Below the pieces are notes generated by a model. It was not told where the DNA came from and searched no databases. It saw only the letters and a program-made list of their open reading frames with translations. A stretch of 50,048 nt of DNA. It comes from a virus. Its lineage: Duplodnaviria; Caudoviricetes. The stretch spans positions 1-50,048 of IMG/VR virus record IMGVR_UViG_3300027917_000005; one strand, given 5' to 3'. The position numbers and the translations under genes are program-made. This document shows, piece after piece, positions 36,985 to 45,512 of this stretch (the stretch's first letter is position 1; each line of letters starts with the position of its first letter).

Positions 36985-38278
36985 AGTAATCCTCCTTCAG
37001 TCCAGCCATGCGTTTGCAGGCATTAGAATATGCTTCCATTGAGTTGTCAACTCCAATGCAGAAAAGTCTTTGTCTTACTCCAGCCTCAATAGAAGAGGCA
37101 CTTCCCATAAAGGGATCGTAGAGGGACTGCCCAGGTAGTGCTGATCTTTCTAGGAGATTTGTTAGGAGTGGAACTGGCTTTTCAAAGGGATGAAGCTTTT
37201 CACTTGGTAGGACAGGAGAGCATTCTATCCAGTCAGGCATACCTTCCCTAACCAAGCGGCTTTCGTCTTTTCTGATATACATAATCATCTCATAGCAGGA
37301 TGCAGGCCAGGCAGTTGGAACATTACACTGACCTACCTCTCGCTTAATCCAAATGATGGGCTTAATGTGAACTCGCCAGCCTTCCTGCATGAACATCTGA
37401 CGCAGAGTCCAAAAGTGCTCGGGACCAACAAAGACGTACCCGTGACAGGTAGGGGTGGTAATTCTGAATCCTTCCCGAGCGAGAACAGAGTAATAGAAAA
37501 GGGCAGGCTCCCGACTATCTTCAATTTTATACCCACTGGTTGTAAGTTGTCCACCAGTCTTACCTCCTATTCCCTGCGTTAGAAGGTCTGCCTCTATACC
37601 ATAGATGGGATCAGTAAGAAGAATATCAATAGAGCCTTTATTCACAGATACCATGTGTTCCACAGCATCTCCATGAATAAGCTCAAAGGTACTCTTCCTA
37701 TCCTTAATAGCCTCCTCGTGCTTCTTCACTCCATCCATAGCAGCAGTTAATTTCTGCAGTGCCTGTCCAGCCTTCTTTATCTCAGACTTCTTTTTTGCTT
37801 GCTTCAATTGAGGGAAGGCACGAACCAAGGATGCCATCTCCATAGCATTATAGACAGAGCCTCGGGTCTTTCCAAGGAGTTCAGCAGTCTGCTCTATTGA
37901 CCATCCTTTTGTGCTACCTGATATAGAGGCTCCGTGGCGGGATTGCTTAAGGCGATGGAGTTCATCTATGGCAAGGGCTTCTTCGGCAGGAGTATAATCT
38001 TTTCTGTGGAGGTTGGCTTCAAGTTCTAGCTCCCGCATTTCATAGTCATCAACAACATCTTCATAGACTGCCTTGACTTTGATTCCAGCCAATAAGCAGG
38101 CAGCAAGCCTACGTCCTCCATCTACAAGTTCATTATCTCTTGTTATAACAATAGGCAGAATCTGCCTAGTTCTTACGAATGAGTCCGCAAGAGCTTGGAC
38201 ATCCCCGACCTCTTGTCTGAAGCGTTCCAGGCCTTCACGGACTTTTATTTCAGTTGGAGCAAGTTCTACAACCTGCAT
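36962..38278 (-). CDS. ParB-like domain + HTH fused to an amino-(N6A/N4C) DNA methyltransferase domain
   Basis: LVDGGRRL and EANLHRKD (ParB), TAELLGKTRGSV (HTH), TDPIYG, HPFEKP, DPFMGSAS (beta-class motif order). Confidence 0.85.
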   Translation of the reverse strand: MQVVELAPTEIKVREGLERFRQEVGDVQALADSFVRTRQILPIVITRDNELVDGGRRLAACLLAGIKVKAVYEDVVDDYEMRELELEANLHRKDYTPAEEALAIDELHRLKQSRHGASISGSTKGWSIEQTAELLGKTRGSVYNAMEMASLVRAFPQLKQAKKKSEIKKAGQALQKLTAAMDGVKKHEEAIKDRKSTFELIHGDAVEHMVSVNKGSIDILLTDPIYGIEADLLTQGIGGKTGGQLTTSGYKIEDSREPALFYYSVLAREGFRITTPTCHGYVFVGPEHFWTLRQMFMQEGWRVHIKPIIWIKREVGQCNVPTAWPASCYEMIMYIRKDESRLVREGMPDWIECSPVLPSEKLHPFEKPVPLLTNLLERSALPGQSLYDPFMGSASSIEAGVRQRLFCIGVDNSMEAYSNACKRMAGLKEDYYAKTQEG

Positions 38279-38289
38279 TGCATTTCTCC

Positions 38290-38505
38290 TTATACTAGCC
38301 CTATCTTCCGTAGGAGTTCTAGCTGGTCAGGGGTTACAGGTATCTTTCTCTCAGAAATCCTCTTTCCAACAGCTCTCTTTAAAGGAACTTTCACAACCAC
38401 CTGGTCTAAATCCCTCTGCCTAATAAGACAGTAGCGGTGGAATATCTCCTCCTGCTCCGCCTCAGAGCTGGTTAGGAAGTTCTTTCTTAACTGTTCAAGT
38501 TTCAT
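38290..38505 (-). CDS. Small hypothetical protein
   Basis: MKLEQLRKNF...LLRKIGLV; start uncertain. Confidence 0.5.
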   Translation of the reverse strand: MKLEQLRKNFLTSSEAEQEEIFHRYCLIRQRDLDQVVVKVPLKRAVGKRISERKIPVTPDQLELLRKIGLV

Positions 38506-38598
38506 GGTTAAACCCTTAAAAAGGCTGGCGATTACTGCCTGCAGCCTTATCCTATGGCCCTTCGAGTAAAGCTCCAAGGTTCATCGCCAGCCCCCTAG

Positions 38599-39117
38599 TT
38601 AGAAGGGAATGTCATCTTCTGACCCATCAGACTCAGAAGCCCTACGAGCCATACTGGAGACACTATTCCTTGTGCGACCCTGATACTCCTCCATGGATAA
38701 GCTAACAACTACATCAATGCCTACCCAATCACCTGACTCAATAAAGGCCATAATCTGAGTAGGACTATCCATGTTGATCTGCATACTATCTGCAAACTGC
38801 TTCATCATGTTGATCTTGGCTTGCCGCTTAGTGCTTCTGCCTGAGGCAGTCATCTTGTTCTCATCACCAATCCTTGGAAGCCAGTTGCGATAGGTAAATG
38901 CTTGGCCGTCAATAGGAGTCTCTCCATCAGACATTACCCCACCATTGTCTGCTAGGACAACCCTCCAGGCTATTGCCTGGTTGGCCATCTCAAATGTGAC
39001 ACCAGCCACACTACCAAGATAGTTACCTTGCGGGGCTAACGGGTCTGGCTTGTACTCATCTTCCAGACTAAAGTCTGTCTCGATGTGCGCTCCTTCTTGG
39101 GGTTCTAGTTCTGTCAT
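38599..39117 (-). CDS. Putative single-stranded DNA-binding protein (DUF669-like)
   Basis: P-x-G-x-Y start, EEYQG-x-x-RN, acidic DDIPF tail. Confidence 0.7.
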   Translation of the reverse strand: MTELEPQEGAHIETDFSLEDEYKPDPLAPQGNYLGSVAGVTFEMANQAIAWRVVLADNGGVMSDGETPIDGQAFTYRNWLPRIGDENKMTASGRSTKRQAKINMMKQFADSMQINMDSPTQIMAFIESGDWVGIDVVVSLSMEEYQGRTRNSVSSMARRASESDGSEDDIPF

Positions 39118-39944
39118 TTCTGTTCTCCTTCTGTTTCAATAGTTGGTGGGTCTTCCTCCTTACTAAATTTCTCTGCAAGGAGTTGTTCTCGCTTGTCCTT
39201 TATTTCTTCCTCCTTTCTTGCTCCTGATTCTAAGTGTCTAATCAGGGCAGGATAGTTGTTGGGGATTTCATCTGGTAGAATTCTGTGCACTCCAGACAGT
39301 CTGCTGCGAGCCTTGTAAAATCCCTTGGTCACAGTCCTGATATAGAATCTCTCCTTCCCTTCCTGCATCTTAGTGAAGGCCGTGTAGACTTCGTCAAAGT
39401 AACCTGGGACCTTTTCAGATAACTGACCAGTAAGAAGGGGATCAACACTCAGGATTGCTCCTGTCTTCTGATCAGTTGTTACTTGCCAGTGTCCACAGAC
39501 TACAATGTTGGTAGGGAAGGTGAGGATGTTGTTCAGGCGTGGAGCCATGAGATTCCTGACTATCATGTAGTGGACGTTCCAGATGGGTCCTCCCTCTGCT
39601 GATCTTTTTGGGTCAATCTGTAAAGCACGCTCCATTGCACAGTCAGTCATAGCTGTTGAGCTGTCTATAACTATAGTCTTGTACTTCCCATCATCAGCTG
39701 CCTGTTTAACAAAGCGATAGACCTTTTCAAACTGAACCCAACCTTTGCCTGACTTCTCAAATGTCTCGTAGTCCCAGTCTCTACCACGATAGGTAAGCAT
39801 TCCATCATCAAAGTCAAAGACAAATCCTGGAGTTGGAAACGAGCTGGCAAATACTGACTTACCTGTCCCATACCCTCCGAGGACAAATACCTTCAGCAGA
39901 GGAGCTGAACTTATGGTCATCTCTTTCACACTCTTAAATTCCAT
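39114..39944 (-). CDS. AAA_24/Sak4-like ATPase (recombination)
   Basis: GGYGTGKS, IVIDS, YFDEVY, KARSR; between SSB and nuclease. Confidence 0.8.
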   Translation of the reverse strand: MEFKSVKEMTISSAPLLKVFVLGGYGTGKSVFASSFPTPGFVFDFDDGMLTYRGRDWDYETFEKSGKGWVQFEKVYRFVKQAADDGKYKTIVIDSSTAMTDCAMERALQIDPKRSAEGGPIWNVHYMIVRNLMAPRLNNILTFPTNIVVCGHWQVTTDQKTGAILSVDPLLTGQLSEKVPGYFDEVYTAFTKMQEGKERFYIRTVTKGFYKARSRLSGVHRILPDEIPNNYPALIRHLESGARKEEEIKDKREQLLAEKFSKEEDPPTIETEGEQK

Positions 39945-40899
39945 AAGTGTCCTCCACAACTACTATATCCTTCTCATCGACTTCCTTAGTCACGTCCCAG
40001 GGATCAGGATCAATGAAGTAATTGTCCAGTATCTCTTCTCCCGCAGGTCTGTTCTGCTCACAGATATTTAGGTAGGCACAAGCTCCATATGTATAGCAGG
40101 AAGACAAGTTTACAGGAAAGTAATCGTTATCTATGCAGTATTGGAGAGCATTAGCAGCCCTGAACATATGATGCCTCCAACTTATCAGATCAGCCTCAAA
40201 GAAGACTTGTGGTACACGCTTGAAGTCTATCTTGGGGCTGCCATACTGTCCAGTGGTTCTGGATTTGTATGCTGATAGGTGATGAAGCACAATTAGAGAA
40301 CCCTCCGGAATCGTCTTTAGAATATGGGAGGCGGCATAGTTATAGCCAATTACTTGTGGACTTCTGTGTAGCCTGGCAGCTTGTAGTGCTAAGGCTTGTC
40401 CTGTAGACTTGAACTCTTTCAGCCATGGACGCCCTGATAGATGTACCTCCAGATCGCAGCGACCAGTAAAGAAAAAGGGTCTTAGAGTGGGGAAGTATTT
40501 CTTTTCTATCTCGGTGGGAGTCATCTTAATCTTGAACACCTTCTCTGACTCTAGGATCTTCATCAATCCTTCATCATGAGCAAAGTGATCTACATAAGAG
40601 ACTAAGGCTAAGAGTAGGTTTTCTATGGTTCTGTAATCATCTACCCAGGTCTGTCTAGCAGTAACCTCATTCCATTTCTTCTGGGCAAATTGTACTGCCC
40701 TCTCAATAGCTCTTCCATCCCTAGTCCAGCCATTTTCTGCTATGTGAGAGTAGAATCCCTCCATAGCTGAGTGCCATGCAATACCATAGCGGAGAGCTGT
40801 TGAGCCTTTAATTGGAATGATATGTCTGCGGTAGTTTAATTCATACTTTCTAGGACAGGAGTCGAACGTATCTCTCTTGGTGTGATCTAGTTCGATCAT
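39934..40899 (-). CDS. PD-(D/E)xK exonuclease, Cas4/RecB-like
   Basis: CPRKY, G-x-x-x-H, GRCDL, EFKST, Q-x-x-x-Y and three C-terminal Cys. Confidence 0.85.
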   Translation of the reverse strand: MIELDHTKRDTFDSCPRKYELNYRRHIIPIKGSTALRYGIAWHSAMEGFYSHIAENGWTRDGRAIERAVQFAQKKWNEVTARQTWVDDYRTIENLLLALVSYVDHFAHDEGLMKILESEKVFKIKMTPTEIEKKYFPTLRPFFFTGRCDLEVHLSGRPWLKEFKSTGQALALQAARLHRSPQVIGYNYAASHILKTIPEGSLIVLHHLSAYKSRTTGQYGSPKIDFKRVPQVFFEADLISWRHHMFRAANALQYCIDNDYFPVNLSSCYTYGACAYLNICEQNRPAGEEILDNYFIDPDPWDVTKEVDEKDIVVVEDTYGI

Positions 40900-40959
40900 G
40901 TATCCTCCTTTGCCTCTATCAGGCTGGCGTGGTTGTAACCACTTACGGGGATTCAGTCA

Positions 40960-40980
40960 AAATGTCATTTTTTGACGTTT
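40960..40980. repeat. Dispersed palindromic site, copy 8 of 9
   Basis: AAATGTCAT-TTT-TTGACGTTT. Confidence 0.88.
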
Positions 40981-40983
40981 CTT

Positions 40984-41064
40984 AAAAAAGGGCCCTGAGA
41001 GGAAAGATCAGTTGGACCTTTGCCTAGTATTCGGGGCTACTAAGCTTAACCGCTCCCAGGGCCC
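40984..41064 (-). terminator. Multi-stem RNA structure ending in U6 (terminator-like or ncRNA)
   Basis: GGGCCCTGGGAG...CTCTCAGGGCCC-TTTTTT enclosing hairpin GCTTAGTA-GCCCCGAA-TACTAGGC. Confidence 0.55.
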
Positions 41065-41075
41065 CCGAGAGGAGG

Positions 41076-41507
41076 CTACCCCTCGTCATCAGTAATGCCA
41101 GGAATCTTCATTCCAAGGTCGCCCAGCAGCTTCTTAGCTGTAGCCTTCTCATCGTCAGACAGGAGCTCGTAATTCTCAATGATGGCTTTGATGGGAACCT
41201 TAGGAACAGCAGGGGCTCTGACTGTCCAGTCACCAGCCTTGAGGCCATCCCACACCTTGTTGATAGCTTCCTCTGCCTCAACGCCCTTGCGTCCAGCAGC
41301 AGCATCACCAAGCTTGTGACCAAGCCCAAAGGGTCCAAGGCGATCCTGAATATCCATCGGGAGATCAAGGATGCTAAAGACCATTTGACCTTCATTGCCT
41401 CCAAGGACAGTGATCTTGACCAGGGGATGATCAGTCAGATCCTTCTCCAGTTTCTTGCGGGACTTTTTCTCTGTGTCCGGGGTCTGAGTCGTTGTCTCTT
41501 CTGCCAT
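41076..41507 (-). CDS. Hypothetical protein, paralogue of the junction-spanning gene
   Basis: FGLGHKLGDAAA...VWDGLKAGDW; GAAGGAG RBS. Confidence 0.75.
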   Translation of the reverse strand: MAEETTTQTPDTEKKSRKKLEKDLTDHPLVKITVLGGNEGQMVFSILDLPMDIQDRLGPFGLGHKLGDAAAGRKGVEAEEAINKVWDGLKAGDWTVRAPAVPKVPIKAIIENYELLSDDEKATAKKLLGDLGMKIPGITDDEG

Positions 41508-41667
41508 GGTGTTCTCCTTCTTTGTCAAGTTGGTTTACCCATTCCTCTACGATCTCTCGCAGAAGATCTCCTAAAGGCTTATCTTGGTAGATGGCTTCAA
41601 CTTTCAGCCGCTTGAAAGTTCCGCTGTCTAGAACAGTTTGGACATATCTTGAAGCCATCTCAGACAT
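41431..41667 (-). CDS. Ribbon-helix-helix transcriptional regulator
   Basis: YVQTVLD strand, FKRLKVEA helix, LGDLLREIVEEW helix; AAGGAGGTGA RBS; first gene after promoter. Confidence 0.65.
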   Translation of the reverse strand: MSEMASRYVQTVLDSGTFKRLKVEAIYQDKPLGDLLREIVEEWVNQLDKEGEHHGRRDNDSDPGHREKVPQETGEGSD

Positions 41668-41725
41668 AGTGTTCACCTCCTTTCATCTGGAGTTTATGTT
41701 ATCATCAGTTTATGATACAATAACT

Positions 41726-41754
41726 ATGGTAACATAATAATTCCCAGATGTCAA
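41726..41754 (-). promoter_or_regulatory. Sigma70-type promoter (TTGACATCTGGG class) for the replication operon
   Basis: TTGACA-17 bp-TACCAT with extended TG; overlapped by inverted repeat CCCAGATGT-N14-ACATCTGGG (41743-41774). Confidence 0.75.
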
Positions 41755-41792
41755 TTAAAAAATGCACATCTGGGTGGATGCCTTGAAAAAAG

Positions 41793-42005
41793 TTATCGGG
41801 GCCTGAATCCATCTGGAGTTGGTAGATGACCCCTTGAATGTTGAGAGAACCATCGAGGGAAGACAACCTCATGCATCAGCTTTAGAATATACTTAGCACA
41901 TTCCTCATTACTCCTGCTTAGGGAGATGATGAGTACGATAGCTGTCTCAGTTGTCAGACCCTCATTGTAAAGGCGACACACCCTCTTGAAGTTAGTCTTG
42001 TTCAT
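41793..42005 (-). CDS. Hypothetical protein
   Basis: ATG overlaps ligase stop; GGAGGTGA upstream. Confidence 0.55.
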   Translation of the reverse strand: MNKTNFKRVCRLYNEGLTTETAIVLIISLSRSNEECAKYILKLMHEVVFPRWFSQHSRGHLPTPDGFRPR

Positions 42006-42865
42006 AATTTCTTCACCTCCACAGCTACAGCACAGATAGGAACACCGCCAGAAGTGGTTATCTTCTCATGCTTGACAATCAGGATTCTTCCTGGAAGATT
42101 GTCCCTATCCTTCCAGATTGCATCCCTCTCAGGATGAGTGAGCTTACCTGCGCCGACATAGAATACGTCATCATCACTTGTCTTGACCAAGAAAGAACCA
42201 AGGGTATCTTTAGGATATCCGTTCTTATCTATGGCCTCTTTGAGTGCTACAATCTCATACTCATCTATCTCTGTGGGCTTGTACTTCAGCATTGAGACAG
42301 ATCGCTTTGGGGCATATGGAGTGAACATAGCCCGCAGTATTATTCCCTCATAGCCCTGATCAACATACTCCTGCGCAGCTATTCTCCATGTGTCAAAGTC
42401 TGCAGTTCCAGGTCTTACAAAATGAAGTGGGGGAGCAAAGATTGATCTGGATGAGAGGTTATCAAGTATCCAGAATCTAGCTGCCTGGTCTGGTCCAGGG
42501 TCTTCAGTGGCTATGTCAAAGATGTGATATTCAAGACTAGTCACCTCTGAACTGATATTGACTGTCCTCCTGAGAGCTGAGTCAATTCTCTCCCTTGGCC
42601 AGCCATGCTTATAAATCTCTCCATCAAAGGGGACAGCACCAAACGCTCTCCAGACATCCTTGATAGCATCCTTAATATGATCAAGGAACTGGAACTCGTT
42701 TCCATAGCTTGATAGGAGTACAGGCTCACCCTTGAATTCTTCAGTTCTGCATCGCTCCCCATTGATCTTGGGTTGAACGAAGAAGGTAGGCCCGAGGCGG
42801 GCTATCCGCCCCGAGTCTACAGGGTAAGCTAACATCACTCCTTCTCGTTTGGGTCTTTCTGCCAT
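42002..42865 (-). CDS. ATP-dependent DNA ligase
   Basis: QPKINGER (motif I), FDGEIY, HIFD, EGIILR, LKYKP, C-terminal OB fold. Confidence 0.9.
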   Translation of the reverse strand: MAERPKREGVMLAYPVDSGRIARLGPTFFVQPKINGERCRTEEFKGEPVLLSSYGNEFQFLDHIKDAIKDVWRAFGAVPFDGEIYKHGWPRERIDSALRRTVNISSEVTSLEYHIFDIATEDPGPDQAARFWILDNLSSRSIFAPPLHFVRPGTADFDTWRIAAQEYVDQGYEGIILRAMFTPYAPKRSVSMLKYKPTEIDEYEIVALKEAIDKNGYPKDTLGSFLVKTSDDDVFYVGAGKLTHPERDAIWKDRDNLPGRILIVKHEKITTSGGVPICAVAVEVKKL

Positions 42866-43084
42866 TTAATACCTCCCTATCTTCTCAAGATGTTCCCTCA
42901 TTTTCTTAAAGAACCTGTCTCCTGCGGTAGAGTACGGCTCTATAGTGTCAAGGACTATTCCAGTCACATGAGTAAGAGCTGCATGGGACATCTTGGGATA
43001 GTGTGCTGACATAGTGTCTAAGAGCTTACGGGCAAGCCACCTTGGGCTGTGCTTAGTAGGTCTTCCCATTCTTGGTCTAGACAT
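42866..43084 (-). CDS. Small basic hypothetical protein
   Basis: Abuts neighbours; GRP motif. Confidence 0.55.
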   Translation of the reverse strand: MSRPRMGRPTKHSPRWLARKLLDTMSAHYPKMSHAALTHVTGIVLDTIEPYSTAGDRFFKKMREHLEKIGRY

Positions 43085-43662
43085 TATGTCCTCCTCTCAT
43101 GAGGCTTCGTCACAAATTCAGCAACGTCCCCAAACTTGAAGGTGTGGTTCCCAGTTTTACGAACCCTCTCCCTCATGTTATCATTGATGGTTTGAAGCTC
43201 CCGTATCTTATCCCTGAGTTGTTTTATCTCATGCTGGTGAGTCTTCTTCTGGTTAGAGATGGTGCTTTCAAGGGTTAGAATCTGGCTTGATTGGGAGCTG
43301 ATCTTCTTCTTCATGTTCTCAATGACGCTGATGAGAGCAAGGCCAACTTCTTCTGGATGCCATACAGTATCTGGAGACTTAGTCTTCTTCTCAAGAGTTG
43401 TTCCTTCTGGAACGGTCCAGCGGAATCCCCTCTCTCCCTTAACAGCAGGATGGCTTAAGACTTGATCCTTCTTCTTTAATATGCTAAGAGCATTGCTTAT
43501 CGTACTGGCATCAGCACGGGGGAATTCCTCTGTCACTTCTGGAAGGATCTGGGACACAGTAAGTGGCCCTGTTGGGGAGGTCTTTAGTACCTCCAAGATT
43601 AACTCACTCACTCCGATGTTAGCCATACGCTTTTCTGTCCTACTTAATTTCTTCAGACTCAT
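43084..43662 (-). CDS. Winged-helix plus coiled-coil protein
   Basis: ILEVL...LTVSQI...STISNALSILKK wHTH pattern; heptad C-terminus; AAGGAGGT RBS. Confidence 0.65.
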   Translation of the reverse strand: MSLKKLSRTEKRMANIGVSELILEVLKTSPTGPLTVSQILPEVTEEFPRADASTISNALSILKKKDQVLSHPAVKGERGFRWTVPEGTTLEKKTKSPDTVWHPEEVGLALISVIENMKKKISSQSSQILTLESTISNQKKTHQHEIKQLRDKIRELQTINDNMRERVRKTGNHTFKFGDVAEFVTKPHERRT

Positions 43663-44080
43663 CGCTCTTACCTCCTTCTATGAAGAGGAGTTCCTCGGCA
43701 GTTAATTCTCCCTCGATAGCTTCTATCTCCTCAAGGGTTAGCCCATCCTTCTTCATTAGGGTTAGCCTCCTCCATCTATCTCTTTCCTGTTTAATCTCTA
43801 CCCTCTCAGTAGTGCCATCAGACCTCTTTATAAAGCCCACTAAAGGAGTTGTCATAACCTTTCTGATTCCTACCCATAGCAGGCCATCAGCTACCCTCTT
43901 GAATGGGACCAGGGTAGAGGCAGTTACAGGGTCAATCCCCTTGAGAATTTCAACTTCCTTCTTGATAGACTTAAGAAGCTGTTTTTGTTGCTCCTTGCTC
44001 TCAACAGGAAGGTGGAGTTCCTCTCCTGTTTTAGAAGTAAGGACTTTCTCTATCCAGCTTATCAGTATATCTCTATTCAC
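43640..44080 (-). CDS. Hypothetical protein, paralogue of 44395-44850
   Basis: GTG start after AGGAGGG; LMKKDGLTLEEI. Confidence 0.65.
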   Translation of the reverse strand: MNRDILISWIEKVLTSKTGEELHLPVESKEQQKQLLKSIKKEVEILKGIDPVTASTLVPFKRVADGLLWVGIRKVMTTPLVGFIKRSDGTTERVEIKQERDRWRRLTLMKKDGLTLEEIEAIEGELTAEELLFIEGGKSDESEEIK

Positions 44081-44090
44081 CTTCCCTCCT

Positions 44091-44423
44091 TTAGAATTGG
44101 GAGTAATAGTCTCCCTCATCTGGAAAATATCCATCCTCGTAAGGATCATGAGATGCCTTATCAAAAGCTGCATCATAAGCCTCTTCATCTTCCATAAGCT
44201 TTTCGACAAAGTCCTCACTACACTTAACCCACTCCCCTTTATCATCTTCTGCGTAGGCTTCCAAGATCTCAAGGAATGGAGGCTCCTCGGGAGAGTGCTT
44301 TGTCTGTCTGATCCTTGGATAAAGGATAAACTTAGTTAACGCCACCTGCTTCCCAAGGAATGATATCTGGGGAGCATCATCAGGACTATAGGTCTCAGGT
44401 CTGTTCTTGGGAAAGGTTATCAT
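44091..44423 (-). CDS. Acidic hypothetical protein
   Basis: In operon orientation; GAGGAGG upstream. Confidence 0.55.
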   Translation of the reverse strand: MITFPKNRPETYSPDDAPQISFLGKQVALTKFILYPRIRQTKHSPEEPPFLEILEAYAEDDKGEWVKCSEDFVEKLMEDEEAYDAAFDKASHDPYEDGYFPDEGDYYSQF

Positions 44424-44850
44424 TTTTAGCCTCCTCCCCGAAGTATGCAGCTATCTCCTCCTCAGATATTCCATCCTCTCGCATCAATTGTTTCTGTCTT
44501 TCCTTGTCACTGAGGAACTCAACAGTGATACGAGTGTCATCTGTGGATTCTGTTACTTCCTCCCTTACAGTGAGATCAACCAGCTTCTTAACCTTACCAT
44601 CCTTATCAAAGATGACAGGAGGAGGAACAGGGGCTAGCTTCTCAAGGACTAAGATATGCTTACCTCCCTGAGAACTTCGGGTGACTCCAATATCAGAGCC
44701 GTCTAATGATTGTTTCTGCCATTGAACCCTCTCTCGATAGAGGGATGCCCTGAGAGATTCCATTTGCTTGAAGCTAGTGCAAGTGATTAACATCTTCTCC
44801 CCTGCCTCTAACTCCAAGGCATTATCAAAGATGATCTTCGCTCTTGACAT
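44395..44850 (-). CDS. Hypothetical protein, paralogue of 43640-44080
   Basis: AAGGAGGT RBS; LMREDGISEEEI. Confidence 0.7.
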   Translation of the reverse strand: MSRAKIIFDNALELEAGEKMLITCTSFKQMESLRASLYRERVQWQKQSLDGSDIGVTRSSQGGKHILVLEKLAPVPPPVIFDKDGKVKKLVDLTVREEVTESTDDTRITVEFLSDKERQKQLMREDGISEEEIAAYFGEEAKNDNLSQEQT

Positions 44851-44872
44851 CTGATTTACCTCCTTTCTTCCT

Positions 44873-44974
44873 TTAGAATAGACTGTGCAGAATATGGGCT
44901 CCGAAGTACAGCAGCGCCAATACTATAGTAATAGCCGATACCAAGTCCAGAATCCTATCTCTCTCATTATCCAT
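44873..44974 (-). CDS. 33-aa membrane peptide
   Basis: MDNERDRILDLVSAITIVLALLYFGAHILHSLF; AAGGAG RBS. Confidence 0.5.
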   Translation of the reverse strand: MDNERDRILDLVSAITIVLALLYFGAHILHSLF

Positions 44975-45028
44975 ACTTTCTCCTTTTAGGGGAGGGTAGA
45001 TGTCAAGCACCCACCCACCCGCCTTGGA

Positions 45029-45214
45029 TTAGAGTCCCAGGTCGATCTCGGGGAGCTTAATAGTTATCTCCTTCGGGATATTACTGGTTGGAATCAGCTT
45101 ATCAACATAGATTCCTATAGAGTAGCCCAATGTCTCAGCTTGGAACTTCCTCTTCTTTGGGGTGCTGGGTTTCTGTACAGCTTTCACTTCTAGGTTCTCT
45201 GTTATTTTGTCCAT
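45029..45214 (-). CDS. Small hypothetical protein
   Basis: ATG after AAGGAGG (MDKITENL...). Confidence 0.55.
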   Translation of the reverse strand: MDKITENLEVKAVQKPSTPKKRKFQAETLGYSIGIYVDKLIPTSNIPKEITIKLPEIDLGL

Positions 45215-45512
45215 AATCCCCTCCTTGTCTTGGAAACTCGGAGTCATAAATATCCCATGACTCCTTATCCTTTGCCTTATAATGTCCTATTACTAGATGA
45301 AACTCAGGACCTCCTCCAAAACAGATGAAAAAAATATCTCCGAAGAACCCAGGCCCATCGGAGATATAGTTTCTAATAACTCTCACTCGAGGATTATCTC
45401 TTAGCTCAGCATGAAGCTCTACTTTTTCAGATAAATCTAAGCCCCAATTCTCAGCTAATAAAGATGCAATCTTCTCGAGCTCATCCTTCTTTGGGATATA
45501 TAACTTACTCAT
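45135..45512 (-). CDS. Hypothetical protein
   Basis: AAGGAG RBS; YISDGPG motif. Confidence 0.6.
   Translation of the reverse strand: MSKLYIPKKDELEKIASLLAENWGLDLSEKVELHAELRDNPRVRVIRNYISDGPGFFGDIFFICFGGGPEFHLVIGHYKAKDKESWDIYDSEFPRQGGDYGQNNREPRSESCTETQHPKEEEVPS

Noticed and set aside
39934-40899. Cas4-like nuclease as part of a CRISPR-Cas system
   Set aside because: No other cas genes or array; context is the usual SSB/ATPase/exonuclease recombination module
44992-45010. TTGACATCT on the minus strand as a fourth promoter
   Set aside because: Lacks GGG and has no -10 hexamer at proper spacing
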